Source: Bacilli bacterium
GTDB taxonomy: Bacteria > Bacillota_I > Bacilli_A > Erysipelotrichales > Coprobacillaceae
DNA length: 64,000 nt
NCBI GenBank assembly: GCA_036308445.1
Contig: JAXJVS010000042.1
Span: 3,805-67,804, forward strand
Direction of reading: 5' to 3'
Shown here: piece after piece, positions 1 through 10,487 of the stretch
How positions within the stretch are numbered: the stretch's first letter is position 1
Layout: each line of letters opens with the position of its first letter
The notes under the pieces: generated by a model
Told to the model about the DNA's origin: nothing
The model's input: the letters and a program-made list of their open reading frames with translations, nothing else
Databases searched by the model: none
Translations under genes and position numbers: made by a program

Positions 1-318
1 GATTTAGTTGTATCTCGTGGAGGCGCTACAACTTTAGCTGAGATTACTGCATTAGGGACACCGGCTATTGTTATTCCTAGTCCTTATGTAGTTGCTAATC
101 ATCAAGAATACAATGCTAAGGAATTGAGTGATAAACAAGCAGCTTATTTATTATTAGAAAAAGATTTAAATGCTAATACATTCGTTGAAAAAGTGAATGA
201 ATATATGTATAATCCGATTAAATTAGATGTCTTAAAAACAAATGCTAAATCATTAGGTAAACCCAATGCTTGTAAAGATATTTATGATTTAATCAAGAAA
301 ACGTTAGAAAGGAAGTAA
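1..318 (+). CDS. murG: MurG glycosyltransferase, C-terminal fragment (5' end lies outside the window)
   Basis: Frame 1 is open from nt 1 to TAA at 316-318. Translation DLVVSRGGATTLAEITALGTPAIVIPSPYV..NHQEYNA matches the conserved MurG C-terminal region. It lies directly upstream of murB and divIB. Confidence 0.85.
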   Translation, partial: DLVVSRGGATTLAEITALGTPAIVIPSPYVVANHQEYNAKELSDKQAAYLLLEKDLNANTFVEKVNEYMYNPIKLDVLKTNAKSLGKPNACKDIYDLIKKTLERK

Positions 319-321
319 AAT

Positions 322-1236
322 ATGGATTTTAATAAAATCATTTATGATCTTGTTGAATTAAATGTTGGAGAAATTTTTGAAAACGAACCAATGTATAAAC
401 ATACAACTTTTAAGGTTGGTGGACCTGCAAAGATATTTGTAAAGATTAAAAGTATCGAAGCAATTCAAAAGGCTAAAAAATATTGTAAAGAAAAGAATAT
501 TAAACATATGATTGTTGGTAAAGGTTCTGATTTATTATTTTCAGACAAGGAATATGAAGGTGTTATCTTTTCGTTGGAAGCGTTAAACAAAGTTTCAATT
601 AATGGAATAGAAGTTAAAGTACAAGCAGGGACAGGACTTATTCCATTAGCTTATCAATGTGCTAAAACTGGACTTTCTGGTTTTGAATTTGCTGGAGGAA
701 TTCCTGGAACCATTGGTGGTGGCGTATTCATGAATGCTGGAGCTTATAAATATTGTATAGCTGATATTTTTAAGGAAGCATTAATTTTAAATGATAATCA
801 GGAATTGGTTACTTTAAGTAAAGAAGAAATGTGTTTTGATTATCGTACTTCCATTTTACAAAAACATCCAGATTGGATTTTGTTAGAAGCTACCTTTACA
901 ATGAACCCAAAAGATCCTCAAGAAATTATGGCTGTTTTAGATAAAAGAAAAGAAAAAAGAATGGCGACTCAGCCCTGGAATTTACCTAGTGCAGGTAGTG
1001 TATTTAGAAATCCAGATGCTAAAGGGGCATGGAAATATATTGATGAATGTGGTTTAAGAGGATATGAAATAGGAGGGGCACAAGTTTCTCCTAAACATTC
1101 TAATTTTATTGTTAATAATGGTTATGCAAGTGCTATGGATATCCTTGATTTGATTCTATTGGTTGAGAAAACAGTATTTAATAAATTTAATATTGAGTTA
1201 AGAAAAGAAGTTATCTTAGTTAACTGGGAGGAGTAG
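322..1236 (+). CDS. murB: UDP-N-acetylenolpyruvoylglucosamine reductase
   Basis: 304-aa ORF starting 3 nt after the murG stop. It has an FAD-binding N-terminus (FKVGGPAKIFV) and C-terminal SAGSVFRNP / NFIVN motifs typical of MurB. Confidence 0.93.
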   Translation: MDFNKIIYDLVELNVGEIFENEPMYKHTTFKVGGPAKIFVKIKSIEAIQKAKKYCKEKNIKHMIVGKGSDLLFSDKEYEGVIFSLEALNKVSINGIEVKVQAGTGLIPLAYQCAKTGLSGFEFAGGIPGTIGGGVFMNAGAYKYCIADIFKEALILNDNQELVTLSKEEMCFDYRTSILQKHPDWILLEATFTMNPKDPQEIMAVLDKRKEKRMATQPWNLPSAGSVFRNPDAKGAWKYIDECGLRGYEIGGAQVSPKHSNFIVNNGYASAMDILDLILLVEKTVFNKFNIELRKEVILVNWEE

Positions 1237-2019
1237 GTGATATTCTTGGCTAAAGAATATTATTATAATGAACATGATGAAAATCAGGTTACAAAATTGT
1301 ATAAAAAGAAAAAAAAGAAGAAGCTAAAACGTAAGTTTAAGGTGTTCTGCTTGTTTGTGGTTATATTATTAATAGTTGGGTATTTTGTAAGTGATGTATC
1401 AAAAGTAAAAACTATTAGTGTTGTAGGAAATAAAGACGTTAATAAAGAATCAATTAAGGAAGCAGCTGGAATTACTAAACAAACCACATATTTATTTATT
1501 GATAAAAGTAAGGTTGAAGATGCTATTAAACAAGTTGCTCTCGTTAAAAAGGCTGAGGTTACTTATGATATTTTGGGTAATGTAACTATAAAAATAGAGG
1601 AATCTAATAAAGTAGCGTATTGTGTTATTGATAAGAAAACTTATGTGATTGATGAATTGGGAAGTGTAGTGGAAGCTAAAGATGAATCTGTAATAGAAAC
1701 ATTAAAGACTAGCCCAAAATTATCAAATTTTAAAACATTAGAGTTCTTAGAAACGTTCGCAAAAGCATATGCCGGAATACCCGAAATTATTAAAAATGAG
1801 ACAAGTGATATCATTTATTCACCTAAAGATGCAGATGAAACAAGAATAGAATTTGTTTTAGATAATGGTAAAAAACTTATCGTGCGAGTAGAAGATATGG
1901 CTAATCAGTTATCTAGATTTTCTTATGAAGCATTTATGACAACATATGATGATAAATGTGTATTTGAATTTCTAGGTGAAAAAAATGTGTATATGAGAGA
2001 ATGTGAAGATGATGAATAA
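1237..2019 (+). CDS. divIB: Cell-division protein DivIB/FtsQ-like (POTRA domain)
   Basis: GTG start abuts the murB stop. The protein has a Lys-rich cytoplasmic tail (KKKKKKKLKRK), one TM helix and a POTRA-like segment VSKVKTISVVGNKDVNKESI. Its position after murG-murB fits divIB. Confidence 0.7.
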   Translation: MIFLAKEYYYNEHDENQVTKLYKKKKKKKLKRKFKVFCLFVVILLIVGYFVSDVSKVKTISVVGNKDVNKESIKEAAGITKQTTYLFIDKSKVEDAIKQVALVKKAEVTYDILGNVTIKIEESNKVAYCVIDKKTYVIDELGSVVEAKDESVIETLKTSPKLSNFKTLEFLETFAKAYAGIPEIIKNETSDIIYSPKDADETRIEFVLDNGKKLIVRVEDMANQLSRFSYEAFMTTYDDKCVFEFLGEKNVYMRECEDDE

Positions 2020-2149
2020 TCATCTTCTTTTTGTTTTAAACTTTTTTGAGACAAATTCGGGATAAATTCGAAACAAACTTGAGACCATTTTGTTCTTCGT
2101 GTGTGGTATAATAAATATGTTACTTTTTGCCCTTAGAAAGGAGTCTTAT

Positions 2150-2875
2150 ATGATAGTTATAGTAATTTTGTTTGGAATTTGTATTGGTAGTTTTGTGAAT
2201 GTGGTGATCTATCGCTTCCCTTTAGGATTAGATTTTGTTAGAGGGAGAAGTTTTTGTCCTCATTGTCATCATCAATTGAATTGGCAAGATTTAATTCCTG
2301 TTTTTAGCTGGATTTTAGTAAGGGGAAAATGTAGGCATTGTAAGAGTGAAATTTCTATCAGATATATGATAATAGAAATAATGAGTGGTATACTTGCGTT
2401 TATTTGTTTTCATCAATTTGGTATTTCTTTTATGATGATATTTAGTTTTATTTTGAGTATGATTTTATTATGTATTAGTGTTATTGATATAGATACCATG
2501 ATTATTTATGGGAGATTTATTTTGTGCTGTTTGATCTGTAGTATTATTTCTTTGTGGTTTGATCAGAATTTTATTGATAAAATGATAGGTTTTTTTATTG
2601 CTAGTGTACCAATGTTAGTTTTAAATTTATTTAAAGAATGTTTTGGTGGTGGTGATATCAAATTAATAGCAGTTAATGGTTTTTTATTAGGATGGAAGAG
2701 AACACTTATTGCAATGTATATAGCTTTTATTCTTGGTGGTATTTATGCTTTTTGTTTAATAATAAGAAAGAAAATAAAGATAAATCAATATATTGCTTTT
2801 GGTCCGTTTTTATGTATAGGAATCTTTGTTTCGTGGTTATATGGTTATCATTTGATTTACTTTTTTTTCTTCTAA
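2150..2875 (+). CDS. Type IV prepilin/pre-pseudopilin leader peptidase (A24 family, ComC/PilD-like)
   Basis: ATG at 2150 is preceded by AGGAG. The protein has an N-terminal CPHC...CRHC zinc-type motif, a polytopic membrane body and the GGGDIKL aspartyl-protease motif. The ORF-track start at 2090 is probably too far upstream. Confidence 0.85.
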   Translation: MIVIVILFGICIGSFVNVVIYRFPLGLDFVRGRSFCPHCHHQLNWQDLIPVFSWILVRGKCRHCKSEISIRYMIIEIMSGILAFICFHQFGISFMMIFSFILSMILLCISVIDIDTMIIYGRFILCCLICSIISLWFDQNFIDKMIGFFIASVPMLVLNLFKECFGGGDIKLIAVNGFLLGWKRTLIAMYIAFILGGIYAFCLIIRKKIKINQYIAFGPFLCIGIFVSWLYGYHLIYFFFF

Positions 2876-2925
2876 AAAAGTTCAAAAGATGTTGAAAAAA
2901 ATGTAAAGAAATGCTATTCTATTAA

Positions 2926-3022
2926 TGGTTATACAACTGACGGAAGTGGAATTGACCACATGGAGTATAATTTTCAAGAGTCGACCGTCTGGGCAAGTGT
3001 CTGGACGAGTAGGCTCTTTTTT
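2926..3022 (+). promoter_or_regulatory. ZTP (pfl-motif) riboswitch with intrinsic terminator expression platform
   Basis: P1 is TTATAC (2929-2934) paired with GTATAA (2965-2970). It encloses the junction AACTGACGGAAG and P2 GTGG-aattga-CCAC. After a linker comes the 3' sub-domain CGACCGTCTGGGCA (2981-2994), whose CCG can pair with the junction CGG to form the pseudoknot. A hairpin AGAGTC...GGCTCT followed by T6 overlaps the 3' sub-domain. The element lies upstream of fhs and purH, the classical ZTP regulon. Confidence 0.85.
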
Positions 3023-3142
3023 CGTTATTTGGAAGAATTACATTATATATTTTTGTTAGAAGTTGAGATTTTACTATATTTATGGTATAAAAGAGTTATG
3101 AAAAGTCTAGTTATACTTTCAATATGAAGGAGGAAATGATAT

Positions 3143-4813
3143 ATGCTTACAGATGTTGAAATTGCGCAAAGTGCTACAATGAAACCAATCAAAGAAATTG
3201 CTGCTAAAGTGGGATTAGATGAGGATGATTTAGAGTTATATGGAAAATATAAAGCTAAGATTTCTTTAGAAGCCATTTCTAAATTAAAGGATAATATAGA
3301 TGGGAAATTAGTATTAGTTACTGCTATCAATCCTACTCCAGCTGGAGAAGGTAAAACAACAACTATGATTGGGTTATCTCAAGCTTTAAATAAGTTAGGA
3401 AAGAAATCTATTGTTGCTATGAGAGAACCAAGTTTAGGGCCTTGTTTTGGTATTAAAGGTGGAGCTGCTGGTGGTGGTTATGCTCAAGTTGTTCCTATGG
3501 AAGATATAAATTTACATTTTACTGGAGATATTCATGCGATTACAACTGCAAATAACTTAATTGCAGCCATGCTTGATAATTCTGTTCAACAAGGAAATCC
3601 ATTAAATATTGATGTAAGACAAATTGTATGGAAAAGATGTGTTGACTTAAATGATAGAGCTTTAAGACATATTGTTTGTGGTTTAGGTGGTAAATTACAA
3701 GGTGTCCCTAGAGAAGATGGCTTTGATATTAGTGTTGCTAGTGAGGTTATGGCCATTTTATGTTTAGCTACTTCTTTAGATGATTTAAAGCAAAGAGCAA
3801 GTCGTATGATTGTTGCTTATAATTATGCTGGTGAACCTGTAACTGTTGATGATATTGGAGCAACAGGTGCTGTTACATTATTATTAAAAGATGCTATTAA
3901 ACCTAATTTAGTACAAACTTTAGATCATACTCCTGTGTTTGTACATGGTGGTCCATTTGCTAATATTGCTCATGGATGTAATAGTGTTATGGCGACTAAA
4001 TTAGCTATGAAGCTTGGTGATTATGCTATTACTGAAGCTGGTTTTGGAGCTGATTTAGGGGCAGAAAAATTCTTGGATATTAAATGTCGTCAAGCTGGTT
4101 TAAAACCAGATGCAGTTGTGATTGTGGCTACTGTACGTGCTTTAAAGATGCATGGTGGTGTTGCTAAAAAAGATTTAGGAGTAGAGAATTTAGATGCTTT
4201 AAGAGCTGGTATTGAGAATTTAGAAAAACATATTGAAAATATTCAAAAATATGGTTTACCAAGTGTAGTTGCTATTAATGCTTTCCCAACTGATAGCGAA
4301 GCTGAGTTACAGTTATTAAATGAAATCTGTAAAGCTAAAGGTGTTGATGTAGCTATTTCTAAAGTATGGGCACTAGGTGCTGATGGTGGTATCGAATTAG
4401 CTGAAAAATTATTAGATGTATTAGAAAATAAAGAAGCTAACTTTACACCAATTTATGAATTAGATATGCCAATTGCTGATAAAATTAAGACTATTGCAAA
4501 AGAAATCTACGGTGCAGATGATGTCGTATTTACAAAGAAAGTTTTAAATAAAATCAAAAAATATGAGGCTCAGGGATTAGGACATTTACCTATCTGTGTA
4601 GCTAAAACTCAATATTCTTTATCAGATGATCAAACATTATTAGGAAGACCAACTGGCTTTAAAGTAACTATTAATGAATTAATTCCTAATACTGGTGCAG
4701 GATTCTTAGTTGCAATTAGTGGGGATATTATGCGTATGCCTGGATTACCAAAAGTTCCTGCTGCTGTTAATATGGATATTGATGAAAATGGAAGAATAGT
4801 AGGATTATTCTAA
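3143..4813 (+). CDS. fhs: Formate--tetrahydrofolate ligase
   Basis: 556-aa ORF with RBS GGAGG. It carries the [11 protein letters not shown]-loop and matches formyl-THF synthetase along its full length. Confidence 0.95.
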   Translation: MLTDVEIAQSATMKPIKEIAAKVGLDEDDLELYGKYKAKISLEAISKLKDNIDGKLVLVTAINPTPAGEGKTTTMIGLSQALNKLGKKSIVAMREPSLGPCFGIKGGAAGGGYAQVVPMEDINLHFTGDIHAITTANNLIAAMLDNSVQQGNPLNIDVRQIVWKRCVDLNDRALRHIVCGLGGKLQGVPREDGFDISVASEVMAILCLATSLDDLKQRASRMIVAYNYAGEPVTVDDIGATGAVTLLLKDAIKPNLVQTLDHTPVFVHGGPFANIAHGCNSVMATKLAMKLGDYAITEAGFGADLGAEKFLDIKCRQAGLKPDAVVIVATVRALKMHGGVAKKDLGVENLDALRAGIENLEKHIENIQKYGLPSVVAINAFPTDSEAELQLLNEICKAKGVDVAISKVWALGADGGIELAEKLLDVLENKEANFTPIYELDMPIADKIKTIAKEIYGADDVVFTKKVLNKIKKYEAQGLGHLPICVAKTQYSLSDDQTLLGRPTGFKVTINELIPNTGAGFLVAISGDIMRMPGLPKVPAAVNMDIDENGRIVGLF

Positions 4814-4861
4814 AAGACACGTTTGTGTCTTTTGGTGTTTAAATATGAAAGGATAGATAAA

Positions 4862-5353
4862 ATGAAAAAAGTTGCAATTATTATGGGCTCTACAAGTGAT
4901 TTATCAAAAGTGGAGCCAGCTATTGAAATTCTTAAGAGCTATGATGTAGAAGTCAGTGTAAGATGTTTATCAGCACATCGTGCTCACATTGGTTTAAGCA
5001 ATTTTATAAAGGAAACTGAAACAGATGGTACTGAAGTGATTATTGCTGCTGCTGGAATGGCAGCTGCTTTACCTGGCGTAGTTGCTTCTCAAACAGTATT
5101 ACCAGTTATTGGTGTACCTATTAGTGGTTCTACATTAGATGGAATGGATGCTTTGTTGTCAATTGTTCAGATGCCTTCTGGTATTCCGGTTGCTACTGTG
5201 GCAATTAATGGAAGCAAGAATGCTGCTTATTTAGCACTTCAGATTATGGCTATTAAACATGAAGATATTAAGAATCAGTTATTAGATTATCGTAAAGAAA
5301 TGGAAGTTGGCGCTATGAAAGCTAACGAAGAAGTTATTGAAAAATATAAATAG
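4862..5353 (+). CDS. purE: 5-(carboxyamino)imidazole ribonucleotide mutase
   Basis: MKKVAIIMGSTSD..SAHR..GVPI motifs are present. ATG at 4862 is preferred over the ORF-track TTG at 4823. Confidence 0.92.
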   Translation: MKKVAIIMGSTSDLSKVEPAIEILKSYDVEVSVRCLSAHRAHIGLSNFIKETETDGTEVIIAAAGMAAALPGVVASQTVLPVIGVPISGSTLDGMDALLSIVQMPSGIPVATVAINGSKNAAYLALQIMAIKHEDIKNQLLDYRKEMEVGAMKANEEVIEKYK

Positions 5354-5366
5354 GAGGATAAGAAAA

Positions 5367-6068
5367 ATGAAATTATTGTATGAAGGAAAAGCAAAACAAG
5401 TTTATGAAACAGAAAATAGTGATGAATATGTGATTCACTATAAAGATGATGCTACTGCTGGTAATGGGGTTAAACATGATCAATTTGAAGGAAAAGGTGT
5501 ATTAAATAACACTATTTCTTGTATTATTTTTGATATGTTAGAAGAAGCTGGAATCAAAACTCATATGATTGAAAAAATCAATGAAAGAGATATTAGAGTT
5601 AAGAAAGTGGATATCTTCCCATTAGAAGTTATTATTAGAAATATTACTACTGGTTCTTTCTGTAAAAGATTAGGTGCTAAAGAAGGTATTGTATTAGCTG
5701 AACCAATCTTTGAAATTTGTTATAAAAATGATGAATATGGTGATCCATTAATTAATGATGATCATGCTGTTGCATTAGGTTTGGCTACTAGAGAAGAATT
5801 AGCTTATATTAGACAATCTACTTTAAAAATTAATGAATTATTAAAAGAGTTCTTCTTAAAATTAAATTTAAAATTAGTTGATTTTAAGATTGAATTTGGT
5901 AAAACATCAGATGGTGAAATTTTATTAGCTGATGAAATTTCTCCAGATTCTTGTCGTTTATGGGATGTAGATACAAATCAAAAATATGATAAAGATGTAT
6001 TTAGACAAGATATTGGTGATTTAATTGAAACTTATAAAGCAGTTCTTGCAAGAATGGAAAATAAATAA
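5367..6068 (+). CDS. purC: SAICAR synthetase
   Basis: The MKLLYEGKAKQVY N-terminus is typical of PurC. RBS AGGAGG lies upstream of the ATG at 5367. Confidence 0.93.
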   Translation: MKLLYEGKAKQVYETENSDEYVIHYKDDATAGNGVKHDQFEGKGVLNNTISCIIFDMLEEAGIKTHMIEKINERDIRVKKVDIFPLEVIIRNITTGSFCKRLGAKEGIVLAEPIFEICYKNDEYGDPLINDDHAVALGLATREELAYIRQSTLKINELLKEFFLKLNLKLVDFKIEFGKTSDGEILLADEISPDSCRLWDVDTNQKYDKDVFRQDIGDLIETYKAVLARMENK

Positions 6069-6084
6069 ATAAAGGAGATTAACA

Positions 6085-7110
6085 ATGGATTATAAAAAAG
6101 CTGGTGTAGATATTGAAGCTGGATATAAATCAGTTGAATTAATGAAAAAACATGTTAAGGAAACAATGAGACCTGAAGTTTTAGGTGGATTAGGTGGATT
6201 TGCTGGAGCTTTTGATTTAAGTGGTATTAAAAATATGGAAGAACCAGTATTATTATCTGGAACTGATGGTTGTGGTACAAAGGTTAAATTAGCATTTGTC
6301 ATGGATAAACATGATACTATTGGTATTGATGCTGTAGCTATGTGTGTTAATGATATTGCTTGTTCTGGTGGTGAACCTTTATTCTTCTTGGATTATATTG
6401 CATGTGGTAAAAATTATCCTGAAAAGATTGCAACTATCGTAAGTGGTGTTGCTCAAGGTTGTATTCAGTCTGAATGTGCTTTAGTTGGTGGAGAAACTGC
6501 TGAGCATCCAGGATTAATGCCTGAAGATGATTATGATTTAGCAGGATTCGCAGTTGGAGTTGTTGATAAGAAAGATATTATTGATGGTTCTAACATTAAA
6601 CCTGGTGATACTTTGATTGGTATAGCTTCAAGTGGTGTTCATAGCAATGGTTTTTCATTGGTAAGAAAAGTGTTTGAAATGACGAAAGAATCTTTAGATA
6701 CATATTATGATGAATTAGGTAAAACATTAGGAGAAGCTTTAATTGAACCTACAAGAATTTATGTTAAAGCTTTAAAGAATGTAAAAAATGCTGGAGTTAA
6801 GATTGAAGGTTGTTCACATATTACAGGTGGTGGATTCTTTGAAAATGTACCTAGAATGTTACCTGAAGGTATTAAAGCTATTATTAAGAAAGATAGTTAT
6901 AAAGTTCCACCAATCTTTGGATTGATTGCGAAAAATGGTAATGTGGCTGAAGATATGATGTATAATACATTTAATATGGGATTAGGTATGGTTATTGCAG
7001 TGGATCCTAGTGATGTAGATAAGGCTATGAATGCAATTAAAGATGCTGGTGATCAATGTTATGTTGTTGGTCATGTTGTTTCTGGTGATAAAGGAGTAGA
7101 ATTATGCTAA
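6085..7110 (+). CDS. purM: Phosphoribosylformylglycinamidine cyclo-ligase (AIR synthetase)
   Basis: The N-terminus MDYKKAGVDIEAG and the DGCGTK and GGETAE motifs are present, and the gene sits within the pur operon. Confidence 0.94.
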   Translation: MDYKKAGVDIEAGYKSVELMKKHVKETMRPEVLGGLGGFAGAFDLSGIKNMEEPVLLSGTDGCGTKVKLAFVMDKHDTIGIDAVAMCVNDIACSGGEPLFFLDYIACGKNYPEKIATIVSGVAQGCIQSECALVGGETAEHPGLMPEDDYDLAGFAVGVVDKKDIIDGSNIKPGDTLIGIASSGVHSNGFSLVRKVFEMTKESLDTYYDELGKTLGEALIEPTRIYVKALKNVKNAGVKIEGCSHITGGGFFENVPRMLPEGIKAIIKKDSYKVPPIFGLIAKNGNVAEDMMYNTFNMGLGMVIAVDPSDVDKAMNAIKDAGDQCYVVGHVVSGDKGVELC

Positions 7111-7694
7111 AGATAGCAGTATTTGTTTCTGGTGGAGGGACTGATTTACAATCAATTATTGATGCTGCTACTAATAAAGAAATCAATGTTGATATTAGAT
7201 TGGTTATTTCTAATAGAAAGAAAGCATATGGATTAGAACGTGCTAAAAATGCTGGTATTAAAGCAGAGTGGATTAAGGATGAAGATATCATTCTTCAAAG
7301 ATTAGAAGAAGAAGAGATTGACTTGATTGTATTAGCTGGTTATTTAGCTATTGTTTCAGAAAAGTTGATTAATAAGTATAAAAATAGAATTATTAATATT
7401 CATCCATCATTGATTCCTTCTTTCTGTGGTCCTGGTTTTTATGGTTTACATGTTCATGAAGCTGCACTTAAAAGAGGTGTTAAGGTAAGTGGCGCAACTG
7501 TTCATATTGTTTCACCTGTTGTAGATGGTGGACCAATTATCTTACAGGAAGCAGTAGATATTTCTGATTTAAAGACTGCTGAAGATATTCAAGCGAGAGT
7601 ATTAGAAATAGAACATCGTATTTTACCAAAGGCTGTTGGCTTATTTGCTGATAATAGAATTAAAATTGAAGATGAAAGGGTAGAGATATTATGA
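7104..7694 (+). CDS. purN: Phosphoribosylglycinamide formyltransferase
   Basis: KIAVFVSGGGTDLQ and NIHPSLIPSF motifs are present. The start overlaps the purM stop. Confidence 0.93.
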   Translation: MLKIAVFVSGGGTDLQSIIDAATNKEINVDIRLVISNRKKAYGLERAKNAGIKAEWIKDEDIILQRLEEEEIDLIVLAGYLAIVSEKLINKYKNRIINIHPSLIPSFCGPGFYGLHVHEAALKRGVKVSGATVHIVSPVVDGGPIILQEAVDISDLKTAEDIQARVLEIEHRILPKAVGLFADNRIKIEDERVEIL

Positions 7695-9214
7695 GAAGAG
7701 CATTAGTTTCTGTTACAAATAAAGATGGTGTTGTTGAATTTTGTAAAGGTCTTGAAAAGTTAGGTTTTGAAATTGTTTCTACAGGTGGAACAATGAAAAA
7801 ATTAGTTGATGAAGGTGTTAAAGCTATTGCGATTGATGATGTTACAGGATTCCCTGAAATGTTAGATGGTAGAGTAAAAACTTTACATCCAAAAGTTCAT
7901 GGTGGTTTATTATTTAGAAGAGATTTAGAAGAACATGTTAAGACTGTTGAAGAACATGGTATTATTCCTATTGATTTAGTATGTGTTAATTTATATGAAT
8001 TTGAAAAAGCTTTAAAGGCAGGTAAGCCTATGGCTGATATGATTGAAAATATTGATATTGGTGGTCCTTCTATGATTAGAAGTGCTGCTAAAAACTTTAA
8101 AGATGTTTTAATTGTTACTGATCCTGCTGATTATGATAAAGTATTAGAAGCTTTAGAAAATAATACTGATGATTATGATTTTAGATTAAATTTAGCTTAT
8201 AAAGCATTTAGTACTACAGGTGCTTATGATGCGATGATTTCTAGATATTTTGCAGGTGTTGTTGGTGATGAATTCCCAGATACTTTAAATATTTCTTTAA
8301 AGAAAGTAGAACATTTACGTTATGGTGAAAACTCTCAACAGGCAGCTAATAAATATGAAGATCCATTTGTTCAAAAATCATTATTAGATTATGAACAGTT
8401 ACATGGTAAAGAAATTTCTTTCAATAATGTTAATGATTTATATGGCGCTGTTGCAGTTGTTAGAGAATTTGGTGATCAAATTGTGACTGCAGCTATTAAG
8501 CATTCTACTCCTTGTGGTGTAGCTATTGGTGAAACTGGATATGATTCTTATATGAAAGCTTATGAAGCTGATCCTCAATCTATCTTTGGTGGAATTGTTG
8601 CAGTTAATTATAAAGTAGATAAAGCTACAGCAGAGCAGATGCACAAGATTTTCTTAGAAATTGTAGCTGCTCCTGACTTTGATGATGATGCTTTAGAAGT
8701 TTTAAAGAAAAAGAAAAATTTACGTATTTTAAAATTAAAGAATTTAGATGCTAGAGAAGCTAAATATGATATAAAATATTTAGAAGGTAAAGTATTAGTT
8801 CAACAATTAAATAAAGAAATGATTAAAGAAATGAAAGTTGTAACTGATGCTCAACCTACAGTAACTCAATTATCAGATATGGAATTTGGTATGAAAGTTG
8901 TTAAATATGTAAAATCTAATGCTATTTGTATTGTTAAAAATGGTGTGACTTTAGCTATTGGTGGTGGACAAACTTCACGTGTATGGGCTTTAGAAAATGC
9001 TATTCATAATAATCAAGATAAAGATTTTGATGGTGCAGTTCTTGCAAGTGATGCTTTCTTCCCATTTAATGACTGTGTTCAAGTTGCAGTAGATGCTGGT
9101 ATTAAAGCAATTATTCAACCAGGTGGTAGTGTAAGAGATCAAGATTCTATTGATTTATGTAATGAACATAATATCCCAATGGTATTTAGTGGATATAGAC
9201 ATTTTAGACACTAG
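7691..9214 (+). CDS. purH: Bifunctional AICAR transformylase / IMP cyclohydrolase
   Basis: 507 aa with the MGS-like N-terminus RALVSVTNKDG..STGGT and an AICARFT C-terminal domain. The start overlaps the purN stop. Confidence 0.95.
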   Translation: MRRALVSVTNKDGVVEFCKGLEKLGFEIVSTGGTMKKLVDEGVKAIAIDDVTGFPEMLDGRVKTLHPKVHGGLLFRRDLEEHVKTVEEHGIIPIDLVCVNLYEFEKALKAGKPMADMIENIDIGGPSMIRSAAKNFKDVLIVTDPADYDKVLEALENNTDDYDFRLNLAYKAFSTTGAYDAMISRYFAGVVGDEFPDTLNISLKKVEHLRYGENSQQAANKYEDPFVQKSLLDYEQLHGKEISFNNVNDLYGAVAVVREFGDQIVTAAIKHSTPCGVAIGETGYDSYMKAYEADPQSIFGGIVAVNYKVDKATAEQMHKIFLEIVAAPDFDDDALEVLKKKKNLRILKLKNLDAREAKYDIKYLEGKVLVQQLNKEMIKEMKVVTDAQPTVTQLSDMEFGMKVVKYVKSNAICIVKNGVTLAIGGGQTSRVWALENAIHNNQDKDFDGAVLASDAFFPFNDCVQVAVDAGIKAIIQPGGSVRDQDSIDLCNEHNIPMVFSGYRHFRH

Positions 9215-9224
9215 GAGGATATCA

Positions 9225-10478
9225 ATGAAAGTATTAATTATTGGAAGTGGTGGTCGTGAACATGCGATTGCTTATGCTTTAAATAAAAGTGAAAAAGTTG
9301 ATGAAATTCATGCAATTCCAGGTAATCCTGGAATTGCTAAGATTGGGACTTGTCATAAAGGTAGTGTAGAAGATTTAGATGGTATTTTAAAATTTGTCGA
9401 AGAAAATGATATTAATTTTACAGTTATTGGTCCAGAAGTTCCTTTATGCATGGGATTAGCTGATTTATTAGAAGGTAAAGGTCATAAAGTTTTTGGTCCT
9501 ACAAAAGTAGCTGCTACTTTAGAAGGAAGTAAAGCTTTCTCTAAGGATTTTATGGCGAGACATCATATTCCTACTGCTGCTTATAAAGAAGTCAACAGTT
9601 ATGATGAGGCCGTAGAAGCTTTAGTTGATTTTTCTTATCCTGTTGTTGTTAAAGCTGATGGTTTAGCTGCAGGTAAAGGTGTTGTTATTTGTGAAGATGA
9701 GCAAATGGCAAAAGATACTTTAAAAGAGATGATGATTGAAGGTAGCTTAGATGGTGCTGGAAGTAAAGTTGTATTAGAAGAATTCTTAACTGGATTTGAA
9801 TGTTCATTACTTTGCTTTGTAGATGGTGATACCATTGTACCAATGGTAAGTGCTAAAGATCATAAACAAGTATATGACGGAAATATTGGACCTAATACAG
9901 GAGGTATGGGAACTGTTTCACCTAATCCGTTTATGCCTGATAATATGGATGAAGTATTAAAGAAAGATATTTTAGATCCATTTATGGCTGGTTTAAAAGC
10001 AGATAATATGGATTATCGTGGAGTTGTATTTATTGGTTTAATGATTGAAAACAATAAAGCTAAAGTATTAGAATTTAATGTTCGTTTTGGTGATCCTGAA
10101 ACTCAATCTATCCTACTTCGTTTAGATAGTGATTTATTTGATATTATGACAGCTGTATCAACGAGAACATTAAATACTGTTGATGTGAAATGGAAAGATG
10201 AACATGTTGCATGTTTAGTGCTTGCTAGTGGGGGATATCCAGGAAGTTATGAGAAAGGTAAAGTCATTACTGGATTAGAAGATGTTGATGATGATATTAT
10301 TGTTTTTCATGCTGGAACATCATTTAATGGAGATGATGTTGTGACAAGTGGAGGTCGTGTATTAAATATTTGTGCTTTAGGTTCTTCTTTAGAAGAAACA
10401 AGAGAAAAAGTATACAAGGCTGCTGATGTTATTGATTTTGAAGGTAAATATTATCGTAAAGATATTGGTCTTAATTAA
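9225..10478 (+). CDS. purD: Phosphoribosylamine--glycine ligase
   Basis: MKVLIIGSGGREHA N-terminus with an ATP-grasp body. RBS AGGAGG lies before the ATG at 9225, so the ORF-track start at 9150 lies inside purH. Confidence 0.94.
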   Translation: MKVLIIGSGGREHAIAYALNKSEKVDEIHAIPGNPGIAKIGTCHKGSVEDLDGILKFVEENDINFTVIGPEVPLCMGLADLLEGKGHKVFGPTKVAATLEGSKAFSKDFMARHHIPTAAYKEVNSYDEAVEALVDFSYPVVVKADGLAAGKGVVICEDEQMAKDTLKEMMIEGSLDGAGSKVVLEEFLTGFECSLLCFVDGDTIVPMVSAKDHKQVYDGNIGPNTGGMGTVSPNPFMPDNMDEVLKKDILDPFMAGLKADNMDYRGVVFIGLMIENNKAKVLEFNVRFGDPETQSILLRLDSDLFDIMTAVSTRTLNTVDVKWKDEHVACLVLASGGYPGSYEKGKVITGLEDVDDDIIVFHAGTSFNGDDVVTSGGRVLNICALGSSLEETREKVYKAADVIDFEGKYYRKDIGLN

Positions 10479-10487
10479 TGGGGTGAA

